DNA of 64,000 bases from IMG/VR virus record IMGVR_UViG_3300037512_002166, one strand, 5' to 3'. A program made the translations under genes and the position numbers. The DNA comes from an uncultured virus (IMG/VR IMGVR_UViG_3300037512_002166) (Duplodnaviria > Heunggongvirae > Uroviricota > Caudoviricetes). Shown here piece by piece: positions 19,682 through 25,746 of the stretch (positions within the stretch are counted from its first letter, which is position 1; every line of letters starts with the position of its first letter). The notes under the pieces were generated by a model. The model was not told where the DNA came from. It did no database searches and worked only from the letters and a program-made list of their open reading frames with translations.

Positions 19682-20046
19682 TTCTGAACATCGACCTCCT
19701 CGGCATCCCGTGTGCCGAGTATTGCGAGAAAAACGGAGTAAAGGGCATCTTCATCCCGGAGGTGCCCAACTTCCGTTTTGACCCCGGGGACGGCGGAAAA
19801 CGCGGCGGAAAGCCACAGCGGGCCATGATCCGCATCGGACTGCTCAAGACTACCCGGAAGTCGCAGAAATACGACTTTATGGGCCGCATGAGCATCTGGC
19901 CGGAATACCGCGACGCCTACATGGCGAATCCAAACACCGTGAACAGGAAAAGGTTCATGGCGTATGGGTATAACTTCGTTGGTAAGGATGACGCGCCGGC
20001 GCCCGTTTCTACTTCAGAGGACTTCGAGAATCTCCTCAAAGACTGA
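19678..20046 (+). CDS. Hypothetical protein, possible paralog of 23987-24370
   Basis: NIDL..GIFIP..N motif. Confidence 0.7.
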   Translation: MILNIDLLGIPCAEYCEKNGVKGIFIPEVPNFRFDPGDGGKRGGKPQRAMIRIGLLKTTRKSQKYDFMGRMSIWPEYRDAYMANPNTVNRKRFMAYGYNFVGKDDAPAPVSTSEDFENLLKD

Positions 20047-20698
20047 GGCTTGCCCGGAATTGAACCTCCGGGCGGGCTCAAAAACCAAACTAAAATCAGA
20101 CATTGATAAATTTCTGGGCATTAAGCCTGTCACATTTACGCGATAGGCGATTCACCCAGTCAACATCAAAAATTATCTACACGACGGTGCCTTTACCTCC
20201 CTCCAAACTCTACCAGACAAAGCTGGAGATTTTGAGAAAAATACTCCAAAAATATAATTTTGGCCTTCTTTCGAGCTGTTTTGCCTCAAGAAGCGTTATC
20301 GCGTCACCGTCGGAACGCGTGCTTCATGGCCCCTCCCGGTAGCTTGCGTCGGCGCTACATCGCTGTTTTGGAGGTCGCCAGTCGTCAGTTGGACGTTGCT
20401 GGCACTATTCATCGCGATGCACTCTAATCACGCCGAAACAAAGGCGGCACACTTTGGTTGTGGGATTATTTGGAGCCACGGCCGTGAAAACGCTCCAGCT
20501 TGAAAGATCTATATGGACCTTCTATAAAAGAAAATCCGCACCAGTTTCACGGCTCCTGGTGCGGACTATATGATATTAGCCCCGTCGGGCGCATATCCCA
20601 TGTGCGAAGTCTTATATGCACCGTGCCGTTCGGTACGGTACAAAGGTAACCCAATATTTCGGAAAAACAAACAATTTGGGTAAATATTTCACAAAATT

Positions 20699-21337
20699 TT
20701 ACTCAACGCCCGCGTGGCCGACCACAATGCCGACCGCAAGTACGTCCGACATTGGGATAGAATAGTCCGGATAGGCCTCGTGATTCTCCGAGTGGCAGAT
20801 GATCCTGTCCTCGGCCGCCGGGTCCGGCAGGAGCTTCTTTACGACGCATCCCTGGGTCGTGCTGAGGACGTACACCTTTCCCCATTGGAAGAACGAAGGG
20901 TCCTTGATGATCCGGACCGCCAGGATGTCCCCGTTGCTGTAGCGCGGGTACATGGAGTCGCCGTCCACGCGGATGGCGCAGTCGGCGCCACGGGCCGAGA
21001 AATCCTCGAAAACGACAGCGCTGCGGCCGAACGCGTCCTCGCGGTTGTTATCCGTAAGGAAGCCGGCCACAGCGGAGAAGGGCAGGAGCGGGATATATGA
21101 GTATTCCTCGGTGTTTTCCGGTTTACTTCTTAAACCGCTACCTCCCCCTCCACCTTTGTCGGTGAGTATAGAAGTGTCCCAGTCGGGGTTCTCGAGGATT
21201 TTCCGGAGCTTATCCTCGGGGATACTTCTTGACTCGTTGATGAGCTTTGTGATGAAAGAATTGCTAACTCCAAGATATTCAGCCATCTCGGACTTTTTTA
21301 TCCCGTTCGTGAACAGGAATGTGTCAAATTTTTTCAT
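20699..21337 (-). CDS. CI-like repressor (HTH plus S24 peptidase)
   Basis: N-terminal HTH; AG cleavage site, GDSMYP and VKK motifs. Confidence 0.92.
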   Translation of the reverse strand: MKKFDTFLFTNGIKKSEMAEYLGVSNSFITKLINESRSIPEDKLRKILENPDWDTSILTDKGGGGGSGLRSKPENTEEYSYIPLLPFSAVAGFLTDNNREDAFGRSAVVFEDFSARGADCAIRVDGDSMYPRYSNGDILAVRIIKDPSFFQWGKVYVLSTTQGCVVKKLLPDPAAEDRIICHSENHEAYPDYSIPMSDVLAVGIVVGHAGVE

Positions 21338-21458
21338 AAAAAGGCGTAAATTTTTGTCCTACCTATTGTTTATGTCAGGATAAGTTTATACCTTTGTCTT
21401 GGGTTAAGGTTAAACCTCATCCTACTATTAAAGATGTTAATTTACTCAAAAATGATGC

Positions 21459-21719
21459 ATGGGCTACGAAGTTAACTCAAATATTTCAATAGACAAGCGC
21501 TCGATCAAAGAAATTTGGGACAGCTGCAGTGCCGGCGAGAAGGAATCTATCCGCCGTGCGATCAAGGAAAAGTTCAAGAGATCCAAGGTGACCATCTGGC
21601 ATTGGGTTAATGGCATCACTGCCCCGACGTCAATCAATGACCGCGAGCTGATCGCCCGCATCATCAAGAAGAAGATCGGGGTCAACGCAACACCGGAGAC
21701 GCTGTTCGCCGGAAAGTAG
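21459..21719 (+). CDS. Cro-like regulator
   Basis: Divergent from CI; HTH-like TIWHWVNG..P; TACCTTTG promoter at about 21389. Confidence 0.65.
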   Translation: MGYEVNSNISIDKRSIKEIWDSCSAGEKESIRRAIKEKFKRSKVTIWHWVNGITAPTSINDRELIARIIKKKIGVNATPETLFAGK

Positions 21720-22024
21720 CAAGGATGCGGCGCCTCGGCGGGTAACCAGCGGGATCGACACCCGCAGTCGCACAAGTCAGAAGTTCTTTCGCCGTGCTTG
21801 CACGGATCGGGTGGGGCCACCGAATCAGCCCCCCGGCGGGAAGACGGGCCGTGAAATCCGGCGACTTTCCCCTGGACGTTGACGAACAACGATCCCAGGA
21901 TATGCCGCCCCGATGAGGGGTCGGTCCGTCGGCAGGCTCTCGAGGTACTAACGGTCAAATCAAACAACGGTAAGATTCAAGAAACTTATAGCCGGGCGGG
22001 CCTGACCGCCTTCCCGGCTACCAC

Positions 22025-22141
22025 CTGCCCTACCGCAGCGATGCGCGGGCGCCACGGACTCTTTTCTCTTTGTTTAGGAAGTTTCTCATAGGAAGTGTTT
22101 TAATGGTTTAGTTTGTCACGTCGGAGCTGTCCGTCTCCGGC
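22025..22141 (+). ncRNA. Candidate antisense sRNA B
   Basis: CGCA-GCGA-TGCG hairpin, U-rich guide antisense to ..AAACCATTAAAACACTTCCT-ATG-AGAAAC.., 3' hairpin. Confidence 0.5.
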
Positions 22142-22145
22142 AAAC

Positions 22146-22233
22146 GGAGGTTTACCCAAGTGGTGAAGGGGCCACATTGCTAACGTGGTAGGTCCGAAAG
22201 GGCGCGAGGGTTCGACTCCCCCAGCCTCCGCCA
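22146..22233 (+). tRNA. tRNA-Ser(GCT)
   Basis: Cloverleaf with long variable arm, loop TT-GCT-AA, encoded CCA. Confidence 0.92.
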
Positions 22234-22236
22234 GGT

Positions 22237-22298
22237 ACCGCAGGGATGCGGGAATTTTGCTTCTACTTAACTTGTCAACGCCGGGCGTCGTCCCGGCA
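22237..22298 (+). ncRNA. Candidate sRNA D between two tRNAs
   Basis: CCGCA-GGGA-TGCGG hairpin, 27-nt U-rich linker, GCCGGG/CCCGGC hairpin. Confidence 0.4.
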
Positions 22299-22301
22299 CT
22301 T

Positions 22302-22388
22302 GGAGAGATGGCAGAATGGTTTAATGCATCGGTCCAGAAAACCGCTGGTCGCGAAAGTGGCCTGGGGGTTCGAATCCCTCTCTCTCCG
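22302..22388 (+). tRNA. tRNA-Ser with AGA anticodon (atypical C33)
   Basis: Ser body GGAGAGA/TCTCTCC-G, long variable arm, loop CC-AGA-AA. Confidence 0.8.
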
Positions 22389-22404
22389 CAGATTTTTGAA
22401 TTAT

Positions 22405-22763
22405 GGGGCTGTTTTGGTTTTGACTTGCATGATGCAGGTACTGACTTACGCTCCGTGTGGTGATCACGGGTAATAAAAGCACCGAAAACACAAACGGCAA
22501 GAACATCATCAGCAGTGTCGCGAACAAGGTTCGTAGCCTGCGCAGCGCGATCGCGAACTTCTTCGCTCCTCGTGATATCGACGAGTTCGCCCTGGCTATT
22601 GCCTAAGATTTCCGGGTTAGATTAAACCCGGTGGTGGAGATGGGCAGAGTTGATACCTTCTGTCCTCGGTCCTGGAGCCGGACCTAAAAGGCTATCCTAA
22701 GCGTATGAACAAAGTCAGTATGGGCGCGTGTATAGGACCCGGATTCGACTTCCGGCAGCTCCA
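22405..22763 (+). ncRNA. ssrA: tmRNA
   Basis: GGGGCTG/CAGCTCC-A acceptor with G3-U, T-arm, tag ORF 22496-22606 ending FALAIA-stop. Confidence 0.92.
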
Positions 22764-22894
22764 CTTGTACGCAGTGAGGTATGCCCTCTAAGGAACAACA
22801 CTCCACTTGCCGATTTATTGCGGCCGGAAAAGCATAACGCCGGTCGTAATGCGGGGTGCCGAAGAGCCAGGTAGCGCTGGCCGCTGTGTAAAAT

Positions 22895-22967
22895 GGCTTT
22901 GTAGCTCAACGGGCAGAGCGACTGCTTTGTAAGCAGAAGGTTGTCGGTTCGATTCCGGCCAAAGCCT
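22895..22967 (+). tRNA. tRNA-Thr(TGT)
   Basis: Cloverleaf, loop TT-TGT-AA. Confidence 0.9.
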
Positions 22968-22973
22968 CAGTTT

Positions 22974-23045
22974 ACGGACTTAGCTCAGCGGCAGAGCGCC
23001 AGGCAAGAGGTCTGGAGGACGGGGGTTCGAGTCCCTCATTCCGTA
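22974..23045 (+). tRNA. tRNA-like gene with aberrant anticodon loop (CAAGAGG)
   Basis: Canonical D and T arms; acceptor has one mismatch; no U33. Confidence 0.6.
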
Positions 23046-23047
23046 CT

Positions 23048-23170
23048 AATCGCTGTGACAGCGAGACGGGGTTTCTTTCCAATGAGTAGTTTTCATGTGT
23101 TGGTTTATAACCTGGGGCACCCCATACTCTCCGCCCCTTACCGCCAGGGGCTCCCCGACCCTGGCTTTTT
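23048..23170 (+). ncRNA. Candidate antisense sRNA C plus terminator
   Basis: TCGCTGTGACAGCGA hairpin, guide antisense to ATAAACCAACAC-ATG-AAAACTACTCATTGG, GC hairpins and U-tract. Confidence 0.5.
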
Positions 23171-23179
23171 TATTTGAAT

Positions 23180-23464
23180 ATGGATAAAGACTTTATAATA
23201 ATCAAGTTCTATGAGCAGTTCGCTCTGAAGGTGCCCGGAATTCCGGACTCCTTCACTCAGTGGGCCATCATATCGGCCCGTAAAGACAGATCAGGCAACC
23301 CGAAGCTCAGATTTAAGCGGCTGGATCATCGCGAGGCGATGGGCCTTGTCCGCGAGAATGGCCTCGTAGAGGTCCTCCGCAACAAGCAGGGAGTCATCTT
23401 CGACACGAAGAAGATGACCTTCCAGAAGCGGTATCACGGGCTTCCTCTTCCGGAGATCCGATAA
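23180..23464 (+). CDS. Hypothetical protein
   Basis: ORF, ATG at 23180. Confidence 0.6.
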   Translation: MDKDFIIIKFYEQFALKVPGIPDSFTQWAIISARKDRSGNPKLRFKRLDHREAMGLVRENGLVEVLRNKQGVIFDTKKMTFQKRYHGLPLPEIR

Positions 23465-23484
23465 CAACCAACACAGCGCAAGAA

Positions 23485-23694
23485 ATGACAGAGCAGGAAT
23501 GTATGGCGCTACCCTGGTGGAAGCGCGAGAAGATGCTGACCGACAAGGATCGGGCGGCAATCGACCTTGCGAAAGGACAGGACTGGACGGAAATCAACGA
23601 GTTCTCCGCCGAGACAGTCGCCGGTCGCGTAGAACTGAAGCTTATCGCACAACGCCGGTACCACAACGAAGAGCGTGCGGCCGGCATGGAATAA
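23485..23694 (+). CDS. Hypothetical protein
   Basis: ORF with A-rich leader. Confidence 0.65.
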   Translation: MTEQECMALPWWKREKMLTDKDRAAIDLAKGQDWTEINEFSAETVAGRVELKLIAQRRYHNEERAAGME

Positions 23695-23705
23695 CAACAA
23701 ATCAC

Positions 23706-23990
23706 ATGGACAACATCGGAATGGAGGCGCAGCGCCTTACGCTGCTTCTTGAACCGCTCGCCGCGATGATGGTGAAGAAGATCCGCCCCGTCGAGGACGA
23801 GCTCTCCACCAACGCAGCCTACAAGGCTTTCGGCCGGGCGTGGGTAGAGGACCAGCGCCGGCGCGGGAACCTGTCCCCTATCGTGAAGGGGCAGCGCCTC
23901 GTCTGGTCAAGGTCCGAACTCGAGACGCTCCGGGCTGTGGACATGCAGCATCCGAAGGTCGTCGCGAGACAACAGCGCGGGACGAAATGA
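23706..23990 (+). CDS. Excisionase-like winged-HTH protein
   Basis: LSTNAAYKAFGRAWV..RLVWSRSEL pattern. Confidence 0.55.
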   Translation: MDNIGMEAQRLTLLLEPLAAMMVKKIRPVEDELSTNAAYKAFGRAWVEDQRRRGNLSPIVKGQRLVWSRSELETLRAVDMQHPKVVARQQRGTK

Positions 23991-24370
23991 GCAATCTCTT
24001 CGCAAACATAGACTTCGGAGCCTTCTTCGGCGCCGAGGTAAGAGTCCTCGAAGGGCAGGACTGCCTTTTCATTCCACTCCGCTACAATCCGTCCATCCGG
24101 ATGATAAACCGGCGCCCGACGGCGCTCGTCAACATCAGCGAGATGAAGCGGCCGGATGCCGATGGCAATACCCACGAGATCTATCCGCACATTCCCAGGG
24201 CGCTCATCCCCGGCATTGCGGATGCCGATTTCGTCAAGATGACGCGGCCTATCGGAAGGGCAAGACTCCTCGGCTCACCGGTTTCGAATCCGGAGCCGCA
24301 GCAGCGGCCGGTCCTCGATCACAACACACTCGCTACACGCGCGGTGAAAGACGACGATATCCCTTTATAA
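23987..24370 (+). CDS. Putative ssDNA-binding protein with acidic tail
   Basis: C-terminal DDDIPL. Confidence 0.55.
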   Translation: MSNLFANIDFGAFFGAEVRVLEGQDCLFIPLRYNPSIRMINRRPTALVNISEMKRPDADGNTHEIYPHIPRALIPGIADADFVKMTRPIGRARLLGSPVSNPEPQQRPVLDHNTLATRAVKDDDIPL

Positions 24371-24388
24371 TAACTTAAAATCAACGAT

Positions 24389-24871
24389 ATGCATTTGAAT
24401 ATGGTGGCCCCTTATCAGGGCATCCTTGACTGGGTCGGCACTCCGAATGAGTGGTCCTCCCAGACTACGGGCGAGACCGGCAAGACGGTCTCCTTCAACC
24501 TCAAGTATCTGGATCACCAGATGCAGGAACGTCTCATCACCTTCGAGCTCTCGTCTTCGAGGCTCGTCGATCGGCTTCTCTCCCTTCCCCTCGGCACCGA
24601 GATCCGAGTCGCCTGGCGGCCGACTACGAAGCGCTACGAGAAGGACGGCGTCTTGAGGTATTTCCCGGCCTACTCGGCCTTCGCCTTCAGGGTTATCCCT
24701 CCCGAGGAGCGGACCAAGCCGCTTCCGGACCAGAGACCCGCACAGCGCGCGCCGCAGCAGCCGCAGTATCAGCAGCAGGCCTATCAGCAGCCCGCAGAAT
24801 ACGGGCAGCAGCCGGCCTATCAGCAACAGCCTCCGTTCGACCAGGGGCCGACCGACGATCTTCCGCTCTAA
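24389..24871 (+). CDS. SSB-like protein (DUF3127-like)
   Basis: OB-fold-like N-terminus, Q/P-rich linker, C-terminal DDLPL. Confidence 0.7.
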   Translation: MHLNMVAPYQGILDWVGTPNEWSSQTTGETGKTVSFNLKYLDHQMQERLITFELSSSRLVDRLLSLPLGTEIRVAWRPTTKRYEKDGVLRYFPAYSAFAFRVIPPEERTKPLPDQRPAQRAPQQPQYQQQAYQQPAEYGQQPAYQQQPPFDQGPTDDLPL

Positions 24872-24888
24872 CCAAATAATCGATCTAT

Positions 24889-25743
24889 ATGGCAAATCAG
24901 CAATCGCAGCAGACGCAGTTGACGCCACTGCAGAACTTCAACCGGTACATCACCAATCCCAGGACGCAGGACTATCTCCAGAGCGTTCTCCACGAGAAGA
25001 AATCCTCGTTCATCAACAACATCACGGCGCTCGTCTGCAACAACACAATGCTGCAGCCGTGCAAGCCGGACTCTCTCATGTTCGCGTGCCTCAAGGCCAC
25101 AGCTCTCGACCTTCCGCTCGACCCGAACCTCGGGTTCGCCTACGTCCTTCCTTATAAGGACAACAAGGCCGGCGTGACCGTCGCCCAGTTCCAGATGGGA
25201 TACAAGGGCTTCATCCAGCTCGCGATCCGCACCGGCCTGTTCAAGACCATCAACGCCAAGGACGTACGCCAGGGCGAGCTTGTCAGCGAGGACTTCATTA
25301 CCGGCGAGTACACCTTCAAGAAGGCTGAGAATCGCGATAGCCTTCCCGTGATCGGCTATGTCGCATACTTCCGTCTGTTGAGCGGCTTCGAGAAGAGTAT
25401 GTACATGACGAAGCAGGAGATGGATGCCCACGCTAAGCGTTACTCCCAGACCTACAAGAAGGGCTACGGCCTTTGGGCCGACAAGGACATGTTCGACAGT
25501 ATGGCGCTGAAGACGGTCCTCAAGCTCCTCATCAGCAAGTACGCTCCCTTATCCGTCGAGATGAAGAGCGCGCTGCAGTCCGACCAGGCCGCGTTCGACG
25601 AGAACGGAAATCCGAACTACATCGACCGACCCGAGGACCAGGAGCAGCCGAAGGACCTCGAGGAGGCTGTCGAGAAGCAGAAGAAAGACATGCGGCAGCG
25701 CAACGCCGACGGCCACGCGCCCGCCGAGGATCCTATGCCGTAG
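24889..25743 (+). CDS. recT: RecT-family single-strand annealing protein
   Basis: LDPNLGFAYVLPY, QFQMGYKG, MALKTV motifs. Confidence 0.92.
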   Translation: MANQQSQQTQLTPLQNFNRYITNPRTQDYLQSVLHEKKSSFINNITALVCNNTMLQPCKPDSLMFACLKATALDLPLDPNLGFAYVLPYKDNKAGVTVAQFQMGYKGFIQLAIRTGLFKTINAKDVRQGELVSEDFITGEYTFKKAENRDSLPVIGYVAYFRLLSGFEKSMYMTKQEMDAHAKRYSQTYKKGYGLWADKDMFDSMALKTVLKLLISKYAPLSVEMKSALQSDQAAFDENGNPNYIDRPEDQEQPKDLEEAVEKQKKDMRQRNADGHAPAEDPMP

Positions 25744-25746
25744 CCT

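Noticed and set aside
20103..20342. Gene following the last hairpin leader
   Set aside because: Only a TTG start with atypical composition; possibly an empty or decayed cassette.
21797..22020. RNase P RNA or hammerhead ribozyme
   Set aside because: The conserved GAGGAAAGTCC and CTGATGA..GAAA cores were not found.
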